DNA from: Trypanosoma brucei
Taxonomy: Eukaryota
NCBI GenBank assembly: GCA_000002445.1
Contig: CM000208.1
Coordinates: forward strand, 128,001-192,000
Direction: 5' to 3'
Length of the DNA stretch: 64,000 nt
Every line of letters begins with the position of its first letter. Positions within the stretch are counted from its first letter, which is position 1. The translations under genes were made by a program, and so were the position numbers. Under the pieces are notes generated by a model. The model searched no databases. It was not told the DNA's origin and worked only from the letters and a program-made list of their open reading frames with translations. Positions 43,892 to 54,290 of the stretch are shown here, in pieces.

Positions 43892-44506
43892 GTAATGCAC
43901 TCGCTATAACGTTTATTTTTCACTATGATGTTTTTTTTTTCTTTTTGTGACAGACCAGTTGTTAATTCATTTAATCTCTCGTGCACGCTTCGTTTTGCCG
44001 CTGTCTGTGTATGGTCAGCTTTACGTGCAGTTCAATGTTCCCACTGTCACCGTTTTGTTGTCTTTTGTACGCCTCGTTCATTGTTAGAACGAAGCATATA
44101 CATGTGCACACATACAAACTTTTGTTTATGGATGAAGGAGTCTTATTGGCGATGTAGTGATCGCGTGCGGAACTCTTTCTTTTTTACTTCGTATAAAATG
44201 TCGTGTTCTGTCGTCTGTACCCTTTGCTAGTTCAGCATCGGTATAAGGTTGTAGGAGCACAAAACTGGAAAAAAAGAGCAAAAGTAAGAATACAACCAAC
44301 AAGAAGAAGCTGTTGGACTCTTGCACGCAACGAGACCCCACACACACAAAAAAAAATTTCCCTCTATTACTTTGCTGTAGGGTTTACACCAAGGAAGCAG
44401 CACCACCTGGAGGTTTGCACTATTTAGGTATCCGCGATAAGACATTCACGGATAACATATATAAAGGGACAGAAACGTGATTGAAGTCACTACTTAGAAT
44501 ATAAAT

Positions 44507-45169
44507 ATGCCCCGTTATTACACCCCACATGAGGTGCGTGCGCACTGCTTCGAGGATGATGCATACGTTTCCATCAATGGGAAAGTTCTAGATATAACTC
44601 CTCTCATACAAATGTATCAGGGCACTCGGTACGCCAGTTTGCTGCAGCCGCTTATTCTTGCGGCAGGAACCGATATGACACACCTTCTCGATAAGAAAAC
44701 AATGGATTTCAAAACATGCATCGATCCAGAGACGGGATTCCGCACGTATGCGCAACCTTTCGGCCGCTTCGCCCACACCCCGACGGTTCTCCCCGACAGT
44801 AGCATTGACCTCAGTTATGAGGTGCCATGGTGGCAAGACGAGCGGTACGTTATTGGACAACTCACACGCAAGACCCGAAAAATTCGCATCGTTAATACTC
44901 TCAATGGTCACGAACACACACTCGAGGTTTGTTCGGAGGAAACGCTTCGAGAAATAGTGATGACGAGGTACTTGAGCCACAACGCCCACGCGCTAAGCTA
45001 CACGTGGCGGCGGCTTGACAGTGAACCCCGAGACCTTGATATGGACAAAACGCTAGACGAGAACGGTGTGCTGGACGAGTCGGAGGAATTCGAGTCATTG
45101 GGATTAAATGCAGATTATTACATTCCCGCGCTTCATTTGTATTACGATGATGATCTCACGGAGGCGTAA
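44507..45169 (+). CDS. CYB5D1: Cytochrome b5 domain-containing protein 1 (CYB5D1) orthologue
   Basis: 220 aa with ATG start. Collinear with metazoan CYB5D1: YYTPHEV...VSINGKVLDIT, PWWQ, KTRKIRIVNTLNGHEHTLEV, YTWRRLD, LYYDDDLTE. Confidence 0.85.
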   Translation: MPRYYTPHEVRAHCFEDDAYVSINGKVLDITPLIQMYQGTRYASLLQPLILAAGTDMTHLLDKKTMDFKTCIDPETGFRTYAQPFGRFAHTPTVLPDSSIDLSYEVPWWQDERYVIGQLTRKTRKIRIVNTLNGHEHTLEVCSEETLREIVMTRYLSHNAHALSYTWRRLDSEPRDLDMDKTLDENGVLDESEEFESLGLNADYYIPALHLYYDDDLTEA

Positions 45170-45854
45170 TTTGTCTAGAGCGTGGTGCGCCAAAACATTC
45201 AAGAAGAGAACGAAGTGTGGGAGAGGGAAGGGACAACGGCAGAGTTTGTTGGAGACGCCCTCGTGTGGACGTGAGGAAGGATAGAGGGAGTTTGGGTTTT
45301 TGTGTATGTGACCAAACTGACCGTTTTTTTTTGTTCTTGCCGCGTTTCTTCCCCGGGGGCTTGCTCCTTCATCCGTTTGTGTCCCTCTTTTCATAACTTC
45401 GTCCATGTAAAGAACGAGTTACTGCGTGTGTTTGTTTACATATTTGCCGCATTTGTAGGCAAATCACCACTCATACGGGAGGGAGAGGGGGTAGGTCGGT
45501 GAGTGTCGCTCCCCAAAGCTATTCTTCCCTGATCCCTCCTTTATCTCACTTGTATTTCTTGTTGTTGTGTTGTTTTTTTTTTTGCGTTCACTTCCAGTGT
45601 CTCTCCTTAAAGATATACACACTCACGGGTTAAAAACGCTGATTCCACTTATCGTCTTTATTTACCGTTCTCTACTCGGCACTTACCATGTTCATAGCAA
45701 GATTAAACTGTGGTAGGGGCAAGTCTTTGTTTTCCGGACACACCGCATCTGTCAAGTATTAATTTTGTAGCATTGATCTTATTATCGAGAGAGGCTGAAA
45801 CGGGTATTTGGGTTTGATTACATTTACTAAAATCATTTGTTGCAACTGGTGGTG

Positions 45855-47105
45855 ATGCTCCGAGTCTCGTGCCGTTTTTTTGGTGCCCTTCAGGAAATCT
45901 TTTCTCGGGGTCAAGGGGTGTGGAATTTGGATTTTGGTAACTCGCCGACGACGGAGGATCTCATCTTCAACTCGGCCCCCAAGACCTCGACACCCCCTTT
46001 TCACGTCCTCGACCTTGAAGGTAATATCGTTAACAAAATAAACGAACCAGTGGTGCCGAAGGAAACATTAGTGAAGATAATGGAAACGATGATACGGTCA
46101 AATACTATCGACAACATTCTTTTGGAGGCGCAGCGACAGGGTCGAATTTCATTTTACCTTACCGCATTGGGTGAGGAGGCCACCGTCGTTGGTACGGCTG
46201 CAGGATTAGAGATACGGGATGAGGCCTTCCTGCAGTATCGTGAGGCTGGGTTCCTCCTGTACCGTGGTTATAACATTCCACAGTTGGTTGCGCAATGCAT
46301 GGGGAATGTGGAAGACGTGCTGAAAGGGAGGCAGATGCCCATACATTATGGATCGCGGGAGTTAAATGTGCATATGGTAAGTTCGCCACTCGCAACACAG
46401 ATTCCACATGCGGCAGGTGCGGGTTATGCTTTTCGGCTTGAGAATGAGGAATTGTCCGATGAAAGCAAGTCACGAGTAGCCGTAGTGATTTTCGGTGAAG
46501 GAGCAGCGAGTGAGGGAGATTTCCATGGGGGAGTTAACTTTGCCGCTGCTACGGGATCTAACACTCTCTTCGTTGTACGGAATAATGGCTATGCTATTTC
46601 GACTCCTGCGCGTGTACAGTACAAAGGTGATGGAGTGCTAGCGCGTGGTATCGGCTATGGTATTCCATCTGCTCGAGTGGATGGGCAGGACGTGCTCGCA
46701 ATATTGCAAGCCGTCCAGCAAGCACGACAAATCATACGTACTACCAACCAGCCTGTTCTAATCGAAGCTCTTTGCTATCGTTTACAACACCACTCCTCTT
46801 CTGATGATAGTGGTATGTACCGTTCAAGTGATGAAATTGAAAACTTCTTAGCGCTCTCCCCACTTGATCGATTTGAAAAATTCCTTGTGAAACGGGACTT
46901 ATGGACAGCTGAGCATACGGGGGCGCTGGCGAAACAGGTTCGTGAGGAACTGTTGCAGGAGTTACGTCGACAAGAATTGTTACCTCATTGGCCGGCAGAT
47001 GTTATGCATGATGATGTCTACAAGGTAAAGACACCAGACTTGGTTAAAGCACAAAAGGAATTGCAAGCTCACTACGAACGAAACAGGGGATTCTACGGCA
47101 AGTGA
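45855..47105 (+). CDS. 2-oxoisovalerate (branched-chain alpha-keto acid) dehydrogenase E1 alpha subunit, mitochondrial
   Basis: The track start 45837 is TTG; the first ATG is 45855 (MLRVSCRFF, a presequence). Collinear with BCKDHA: YREAGFLLYRGY, GRQMPIHYGS, SSPLATQIPHAAGAGYA, FGEGAASEGDFH, NNGYAISTP, GYGI, IEALCYRLQHHSSSDD. Confidence 0.88.
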   Translation: MLRVSCRFFGALQEIFSRGQGVWNLDFGNSPTTEDLIFNSAPKTSTPPFHVLDLEGNIVNKINEPVVPKETLVKIMETMIRSNTIDNILLEAQRQGRISFYLTALGEEATVVGTAAGLEIRDEAFLQYREAGFLLYRGYNIPQLVAQCMGNVEDVLKGRQMPIHYGSRELNVHMVSSPLATQIPHAAGAGYAFRLENEELSDESKSRVAVVIFGEGAASEGDFHGGVNFAAATGSNTLFVVRNNGYAISTPARVQYKGDGVLARGIGYGIPSARVDGQDVLAILQAVQQARQIIRTTNQPVLIEALCYRLQHHSSSDDSGMYRSSDEIENFLALSPLDRFEKFLVKRDLWTAEHTGALAKQVREELLQELRRQELLPHWPADVMHDDVYKVKTPDLVKAQKELQAHYERNRGFYGK

Positions 47106-47562
47106 CACGAAAAAGGGGGATGGTGTCGGAAGGGTAGTCTCACATTGTTGTCGACGTATGCACCACTCTGCCGTTCCTGCATCGTCGATTTTATCGTCTT
47201 GAAAGAACGTGTGTTCTCAAACTTACACCTGAAGTGTTTTTTTCATCAATTTTAGTGAACTCATCTGATCCTCCACTTCCTTTTTTTTGTCAAAAAATTT
47301 TTTGAATACTTTTGAGCGCAATACAACTAACGAGCACTCCTAGTAATGCTGTTCCTTCATAACCTCCTTTGCTTCTTTCTCTCATCGCATCTTTTGTTCG
47401 GCCCCTTGAAGTGGCAGTAGCGCCAGCGGTCATTAGGTTTCCTACGGTGTTTGTCCACAGTTCCACATATTATTAACCACAAGAGTACCAAATCACTGTT
47501 AGTTGTTAAATTTGTAGCAACGGGTGGTTGCAGCATCACTCGTTATTCTTCTCACATGTGTA

Positions 47563-48243
47563 ATGTCGTATCGATTTAAGGGTCGCTTGAACCCTACCAT
47601 ATTGCGTAAACTACCCCGCAATTTGGTAGTGTTTGATGGACACTGTTTGATGTGTCAGGCACGTGTGCAATATGTACTGGAACGTAACTTCTCGTATTTT
47701 AGCCTCCTTAATCTTACCCATGACGTGGACAAGGTTAAGCTTGAGGAGAATAAAGTGCTCTTTTGTAGCTTTGACTCAATTGAATGGCGGGAGCTGCGCC
47801 GGCATTTTCCCGATGTTACAAAAGACGTAGAGGGTATTATACTATTCGAGAAGGTACCGTCACGCACTGCCGACTTCCTGAGTAGGGTACGGCGAATGAA
47901 AAAGCGATCAAAGTCCTTATCCAAGTCAAACGAAGCGCTAAGCTTTCCGGTTGCGTCGTCATCGCACCGGCGGAGCTTTACCGATGTGGAAGATGAACTT
48001 GACATACTTATTTCAACTAAGCACACTGCTGTGTGTCGTGTGGGTATGAAATTGGATAGGTGGTTGCCAAGTGTAGTTGCCCGGTGCATGTTATACGCCA
48101 TGCCGCGGTGGATTGGGGACCGTTGGTATGATCGCGTGTTGAGGCGGCGGACATTATGGGGGACATCTGAAGAAGATGCAGTTCGGTACCCCGCCCGTGT
48201 GCTCGGTTTGAAGGAGCGAACATGGCGGCTGCGGGACATGTGA
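47563..48243 (+). CDS. DUF393 / DCC-family thiol-disulfide oxidoreductase-like protein
   Basis: The track start 47524 is GTG; the first ATG is 47563. VVFDGHCLMCQARVQYVLERN matches the DGxCxlC signature at the family's N-terminus. Confidence 0.7.
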   Translation: MSYRFKGRLNPTILRKLPRNLVVFDGHCLMCQARVQYVLERNFSYFSLLNLTHDVDKVKLEENKVLFCSFDSIEWRELRRHFPDVTKDVEGIILFEKVPSRTADFLSRVRRMKKRSKSLSKSNEALSFPVASSSHRRSFTDVEDELDILISTKHTAVCRVGMKLDRWLPSVVARCMLYAMPRWIGDRWYDRVLRRRTLWGTSEEDAVRYPARVLGLKERTWRLRDM

Positions 48244-48567
48244 GGCAATTCGCATTTTGTTGCCACTACTTCGGGTTCCCCGCCATTCTACACTTTTTTT
48301 TTTTGTTTTGGGCGAATTAGCAAACCTTTTTTTTTTTGACATTTCCCCTCATTGACGAGACCCATGTTTTCCGTGTTTGCTCGTTAGCATGTTCTTGTGC
48401 ATATTTCTAATTACAGTAACCACAAATTCCCAGTTATGTGTACTTCGCATCCAACTGCCGCTGTTAGTGTTCACTACGCTACATATATATATATTTCTAT
48501 GAAGATTTTATTTAGTGTGACGTGTCATTCGTAGGGTCTGCTCTTTGTGCATGCTCTCATAGTTTTA

Positions 48568-49440
48568 ATGCGTCGTTCATTAGTATTTCCTCCCTGTCAT
48601 TTGCAGGAGGCCCGTTTGTTGCAGTCGCAACAACTTTTTGGTTGGTACCACCAGACACGCCACTTCACCTCATTAGTTGACCGTTTGAGTACAGGCGTTG
48701 CGAGAAAGTTATCATCGTTAACGGAAACGCACATGATGCCGCTAAGCGAGAAACATATCACAGAGCCGCGACGCCCCTACCCAAAGCGTCCTTCAATGCA
48801 GGAGAATTTGGCCGAGCGCTTGGCTGAGCAACGGCGGTGGCGGAGCCGTGTGGTGCCGCAGCAAATTATACTCTCTAAAGACAAACTTTACATTGAGTTT
48901 GTGTGGAGTGCCGCCACCCTCAGCGCCGCTGCCGCGCGGGAGATGAGGCAGCAACAAAATAACGAGGAGGAAAACGGGGATGGTTGCACACAAAAAAGAA
49001 AGGGAATATCCTGCGGTAGCTTTGCTAATGATGGTATCATTAAGAGTGAGAAGCTTATGTCCCACCGCACACGCTTCCTTGCGGAGTTCTTGCGCGCTTA
49101 CTCCCCCAGCACCGATGTGATTGGTGCTGATGCCCTCATTTACGGTCGTCGCGGCATCACCATAACGGATGTTATTCCAGTTGGAAACTACGCTTTGCGC
49201 ATCGTGTTTTCCGACGGGCATTCAGGCGGTATTTACCCCTACGAATACCTGTTTCATTTAGGTCAATGCAAATACACGAAAATGCGGGAGTATATAAGAC
49301 GACTGCGAGAGAAACGCAAGTCGAGAGATCCGCCGAAGCGGGTCCCGTCAAAGTACGTTCCGCGCGGTCGGAATGCCGCAGAGGGCACACCGAAACGTGA
49401 CAAAACTGATGACTGTGGCCATCGCGTTGCTGCAAAATAG
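48568..49440 (+). CDS. DUF971-domain protein (likely mitochondrial)
   Basis: The track start 48547 is GTG; the first in-frame ATG is 48568 (MRRSLVFPP..., presequence-like). The C-terminal segment ITITDVIPVGNYALRIVFSDGHSGGIYPYEYL fits the DUF971 consensus (GnYal.i.FsDGH.sGiy...yL). Confidence 0.6.
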   Translation: MRRSLVFPPCHLQEARLLQSQQLFGWYHQTRHFTSLVDRLSTGVARKLSSLTETHMMPLSEKHITEPRRPYPKRPSMQENLAERLAEQRRWRSRVVPQQIILSKDKLYIEFVWSAATLSAAAAREMRQQQNNEEENGDGCTQKRKGISCGSFANDGIIKSEKLMSHRTRFLAEFLRAYSPSTDVIGADALIYGRRGITITDVIPVGNYALRIVFSDGHSGGIYPYEYLFHLGQCKYTKMREYIRRLREKRKSRDPPKRVPSKYVPRGRNAAEGTPKRDKTDDCGHRVAAK

Positions 49441-49754
49441 TACCCAAAGTAATTTAACAGCGTAAAGAAAGCTGGTGTGTGTGTGTGTGGGGGGGGGGGT
49501 ATTGGCCTCTGCTATTTTTTTTTTTTGCTTACTGATTATGAACAGGTCCTTGTGTAACCGCTCGAGCTGTCAATTTGGTTATGGATATATTGGATAGGAG
49601 AGTATGCCACTGCTTACAAGTTAGTTATTACTACCGTCACATTATTGTTTCATTTTACGTATAGTTGCTTACGTAATCTCTTTGTCCCCCTCCAGTCAAT
49701 TCACTCTCCTTTCCGCACAGTTAGTGCCTCCATTTTCATTTACTTCTGTGGGTT

Positions 49755-49823
49755 TGTCCTTTCTTTGGGTTTGCTAACTAGTGTTTAATGTTTGTCGCCT
49801 TCCTTGCTACTTTCCTTTTATAG
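49755..49823 (+). promoter_or_regulatory. Polypyrimidine tract plus AG upstream of DHHC ATG 49882
   Basis: ttgtcctttctttgggtttgc...ttgtcgccttccttgctactttccttttatAGg. The track's TTG start (49792) lies within this tract. Confidence 0.45.
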
Positions 49824-49881
49824 GCGTGGACTTAATAAGGGTGCTACGGCGCCCCTTCATATTTGCAACAGTAGAAAGGCA

Positions 49882-50886
49882 ATGACACGCACATCACGGA
49901 GTACCCATGAGGCGGTTTGGTACTTTACGTACATTATGGTACAGCGCGGTGGTATCGTAGTTTTGACAATGGGCCTATCTCTTGTAGTTTTCTGCAGTGT
50001 GACAACTGTGCGCTCAGTGATACCAATGCTGGTGGAACCAGGGACTTTAGGCTTCATGATTTTGTACGGCCTATGCTGTATACTATCATTCGGTATTTTG
50101 TTTAATTACGTTGCTGTCGCTTGCCTCTGTGGACCAAATATAGACCCGAAGGAAACGAAAAGATTGACAGAGCAGGCCGAGGCACTGCCCCCTCAGGAAA
50201 GATGCCGACTGTTGGACGCGCCGAGGCGCTTTTGTCACATATGCGAGCGTCTAAAAGCGCCGCGTGAGTACCACTGCCGGATATGTGGTCGTTGCATTGC
50301 AAGGAGGGACCACCACTGCCCATGGATAAACAATTGTGTTCAAGCGGAAAACAACCGTTACTTTTTAATGATGGTGTTGTACTTGTTGCTTTCAACAGGT
50401 TTTGTGTCATCTATGTTATGTGCAATATACACACATTCCGTGTGGCACGGCTCCACTGTAGCAGCTCGTGATGTCAAACGGTCAACATCGCATCAGTTCT
50501 GCAAAAGTGGAGTTTACTCTTCTCCGATATTGTTGCTTTTTGGCGTTTGCATCATTACGTTCTTCATACTTCTCTTCCTATTTGGAGCGGCCACACTTGC
50601 GGCGCTACGGAACGAAACAGCTGTGGAATCATTCATTGTGGCACAAAAACAAAGTGCCTTTCAAGGGAGTTTGGTTCCCTTTCGCAATCCATATGACCTT
50701 GGCCGACAACGTAACTTACTTGCATTATTCGAAACGAAGGGAGATCCATTGATTACACATTTAAGGAGAGGAGGCCGCATATCTAACATTTGGATTGGTG
50801 TGTGGCTTCTGCTTCCCACATTACGTCCCTCTGCATTTGACGGCATGCATTATGTTGTCTTTGATGACGTGGTGCATGCCGTTTAA
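49882..50886 (+). CDS. DHHC-type palmitoyl (S-acyl) transferase
   Basis: The track start 49792 is TTG, inside a polyY tract ending tatAGg (49822-23); the first ATG is 49882. The DHHC-CRD is CHICERLKAPREYHCRICGRCIARRDHHCPWINNCV, with two TM helices before and two after it. Confidence 0.85.
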   Translation: MTRTSRSTHEAVWYFTYIMVQRGGIVVLTMGLSLVVFCSVTTVRSVIPMLVEPGTLGFMILYGLCCILSFGILFNYVAVACLCGPNIDPKETKRLTEQAEALPPQERCRLLDAPRRFCHICERLKAPREYHCRICGRCIARRDHHCPWINNCVQAENNRYFLMMVLYLLLSTGFVSSMLCAIYTHSVWHGSTVAARDVKRSTSHQFCKSGVYSSPILLLFGVCIITFFILLFLFGAATLAALRNETAVESFIVAQKQSAFQGSLVPFRNPYDLGRQRNLLALFETKGDPLITHLRRGGRISNIWIGVWLLLPTLRPSAFDGMHYVVFDDVVHAV

Positions 50887-51152
50887 TCGCTTAGCTTGTT
50901 ATATATGTATGTATATATATATATTAACCCTGCGAGAGTGTGTTGCGTGGTTATCGCAGTGCAGAGGCGGACATTTTTTTTTTCAAAAAATGTCTCATTT
51001 TCGTTTGTGGCACTTCTTCCAAACCGGTGGTGAATTCCACTTATAAAAATCACAATTTTTCACCTCCCCTTTGTGTGTTATCGACCTTCTTTCTCCTTTT
51101 CTCTTTAGTAGTAAGCTGCAGACGCCACTGGCGCATTTGACGAAACGGAAAG

Positions 51153-51938
51153 ATGCTACCGTGGCTATTATTTATCAACGCCATAACATTTGCTGCACTT
51201 TTAATTGCAGTTGCGGTTCCTCCGCTCTACTTTCAGTTCGGAAATGCCAACGATACCCCGACGGACAGTTATCCTGCAGGTAATAGCTTTCCAGGACGTA
51301 ACGCAGAGGGTGAAATCGTGTGGCAGAGACTTTATATACTGTTTGCTGTACCACTGTGCGGGTGCCTGAACGGTTTATTTTTGTACTTTACTTATTATCG
51401 TCATATGAGACATATGCAGTTCAGAGTCGAACTCTGCTGCACAGAACAGAGAAATTTGAAAACGGCACTCTTCGTTTTTCTACATAAAAAGAAAAAGCCA
51501 TCCGGTATGTTTAGCGAGAGTGAAGAAGAGGGTAATTTTTCGGCAGATCTCGAAGGTAATTGGCGACTGCCGGGCGACAGTTTCATTAGAGGATCGTTCG
51601 CTTTCCAACCGAAAGAAGGCAAGGCGCCGCCTATACGTACGGAAGGACTATCACATCGTGCTTACTCCACCACGCCGTGGCTTCCGGAACTGCGAGAACT
51701 ACAAGATATAATTGCAAGCGTGTTTATTCAACGCGCTGACAAATTGCGGGACGAGGTTATGGAACTCCTTCATGAGACAGTTTTGATGCATATTGAAAGA
51801 GACAAGGGATTGACTGAGAGGAGTATACAAAAGTCTATTCTTTTATTGCTGCAACAGAAGGAGGAACTGAGTGTTCCAGTTATGACCAAGTGCTTGAAAC
51901 AGATAGAAATAGAAGGATTTAGTAAAGTCGTGTCATGA
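51153..51938 (+). CDS. Hypothetical membrane protein
   Basis: 261 aa with ATG start. Two N-terminal TM helices and a helical, charged C-terminus. It sits only about 270 bp downstream of the DHHC stop. No family recognised. Confidence 0.5.
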   Translation: MLPWLLFINAITFAALLIAVAVPPLYFQFGNANDTPTDSYPAGNSFPGRNAEGEIVWQRLYILFAVPLCGCLNGLFLYFTYYRHMRHMQFRVELCCTEQRNLKTALFVFLHKKKKPSGMFSESEEEGNFSADLEGNWRLPGDSFIRGSFAFQPKEGKAPPIRTEGLSHRAYSTTPWLPELRELQDIIASVFIQRADKLRDEVMELLHETVLMHIERDKGLTERSIQKSILLLLQQKEELSVPVMTKCLKQIEIEGFSKVVS

Positions 51939-52559
51939 TTGAGGGTTTTGAATCCCCCTTTTCCGTCACCGTATGTTTCGTGTACCTCAGTGTCCCACAT
52001 ATGATAGGAAGTGTTTCCGTATTTATTCATCACAAACACTCACTTTTTTTATCCGAAGGGGCAAGTTTTCGGAGTCGGTTGCTCAAAAAGAGTAAAGCAC
52101 TTGACATTCTGCGGGTCCGTTTAAGTATGTGTGAGTGAATGTGTTGAGTGTATCTTTGTTATGTTTGCATTAAAATGGAAATGACACAAAGGTGTCGCCG
52201 CCGTGACCGCAGAAAATGTCATTGCATCAAATGCTGCGAGTGTAACGACAGATGGTGGTAATGGGTTACCAATAGTCGTGATTGGGGAGAGGATTCGTAC
52301 GATAGCAGTTAACTATTTTTTCTTTCATCTTTTCTATGTATCTCCCCCGTTTACTTATTTATTTTTTTACCATCTCGGTGGGGGCATGATCTTCCAACGT
52401 GAAATATTCGAGAGACGCCAATAAAACGTGGTACCAATCTTTGTGTTTTTATGTGACGCATACCTCTACTGCATATCTTGATGTCCGTGGCGACGCAGCC
52501 TCAATGCCTACGTGAATACGACATCCGCCGCTCATATCATCCCTGCAATTTTTTTCTTA

Positions 52560-53459
52560 ATGCGCAGTGCTTATTGTAGGAAGCCCTCAAGTGGCTTTAT
52601 GGCTCATTCAAATGTTGTAGTGGCTTTACTTTCGCTTGTGGCGCTGCATTTCGTGCCCTACTACATCCAGGGCACTGTTAGTGCCGACAGTGGATCTAAT
52701 ACCACTGTGGGATTCCGTTGTATGAGGCCTTTTGCTTCGCTCCCACGCTTTTCTTCAACTTCCATGGACGCAGCGGAAAATTGTAAGTTTAAACGATATA
52801 ACGTACTCAATGCTTCCGCTGTTGTGAAATGTGAGTCCACTGGAAACGCTACGGGGAAGGCTGAACCAACTGCTGTCACTTCGACTTGCAGTGTGACGAT
52901 TCATGCCGCATTCCGTACGATGGGTGGCGGTAAAGATGACAATGCAGACGCGGCGGACGTATACAGGTATTCTCTGCAGCTTCGTGCAATTAATAACAGT
53001 GTGGTGCACTACAAGGGCTTCGACCAGAATGGTTATGGCTTGTGCTGCAGTTTCATTGAAGGGGCGAAATGCACGTGGGAGGAGCGGGAGACCTCTGGAG
53101 TACAGGAGGCTAAACAAGAAGTTAATGCCACGACCTCACAGGCACCCACAGTTAAGGAACCTGCGGTTGTGTCATGCCCACTTCATCATGGGGAAGAGGA
53201 GCATATCGCCTTTCGCGGTAGCACCGTCAAGCCGCTTCACCGCCTTGTAGTGGGAAATTGGGAGGCACGGCTGGAGTTTTGGCGGGGTGGGCCCTCCAAC
53301 CGCGAGGTACTTGGCCGTTTGTTAGTGCCATTTCGACTGACGGATGAGAATATTGCGCAGGGAAACAATAACACGATTACGGAGCGGTCCGACCATACAA
53401 CCGCTGTTGTTGTTGTTGCTGAGCAGGGCCAACTGACGGGAAGCCGTGGGGACCTTTGA
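52560..53459 (+). CDS. Hypothetical secreted/surface protein (signal peptide, N-glycosylation sequons, Cys-containing)
   Basis: The track start 52512 is GTG; the first ATG is 52560, and another in-frame ATG at 52599 directly precedes the hydrophobic signal-like segment VVVALLSLVALHF. There are multiple N-x-S/T sequons and a C-terminal ...GSRGDL. Confidence 0.5.
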   Translation: MRSAYCRKPSSGFMAHSNVVVALLSLVALHFVPYYIQGTVSADSGSNTTVGFRCMRPFASLPRFSSTSMDAAENCKFKRYNVLNASAVVKCESTGNATGKAEPTAVTSTCSVTIHAAFRTMGGGKDDNADAADVYRYSLQLRAINNSVVHYKGFDQNGYGLCCSFIEGAKCTWEERETSGVQEAKQEVNATTSQAPTVKEPAVVSCPLHHGEEEHIAFRGSTVKPLHRLVVGNWEARLEFWRGGPSNREVLGRLLVPFRLTDENIAQGNNNTITERSDHTTAVVVVAEQGQLTGSRGDL

Positions 53460-54290
53460 TGTGGTTCCGCACGATTCCGTGATTGCTGTGAAGATCGAAA
53501 ATGGCACTGTGTATACTTGACGAAGCATGAGAGCACCACTAGAAGATGTTGGCAGATAACATTGACTGCCGTCATCTCTGGTGAAGAGGGGCTTAATGGG
53601 AATGATGGATGTTGCTGTGTGTAACATATGCACAGCGCGCGTGTGACTTCTGGTTTTTTTTCGGTGTTACTTATCTTTGATTGCGGCTTTTCCTTTTTAA
53701 AAAAGAATACTTTCGATACGCTGTTCGTGTGTTGGTTGCGAACCACAGACTTTCTTGTTCTCTTTTTTCTTTGCTAAACTCCAATAGCTATTCTTTCATT
53801 CCGTAAGAGGCTTCAGCTGCAATTCACACACTGGGGGAAAAGGGGACCTTTGAGGTGGGAGATTGTGCGACTTCCACGTTACCCTTTCGTAAGAAATTGA
53901 TAGATCCCTCCAGACGCGCCCCTTACCTGTAGAAATCATACACAAACCATATACGCACGCTCCGCCATTGTCTTCTAAAGAGGAGGAGAATAAACAGTTT
54001 TGACAGTTTTTCTTTCACAAGTGCTCAGTGAGGTGTTTAAGAGCTGTCATTTCTGATACTAAGTAACAGTACTGTGCCGAAGGGAAAGAATACTTGGTTG
54101 CTGCAACTAAGAAGGGTGGTTGTTACCATTGACGTACACGGGAGAAGAGAGACTGTGACGTGGAACGGTACCTGAATTTCCCGGTTTGGCGACTCGTGGA
54201 GTTTCTCTGTAAGCTATTGTCGCGATACTATACCTCGTTTTTTTCTTAGGTCCAGCAGGTGCTTCAGCAGTTCGACTATCCAGCTGAGCA

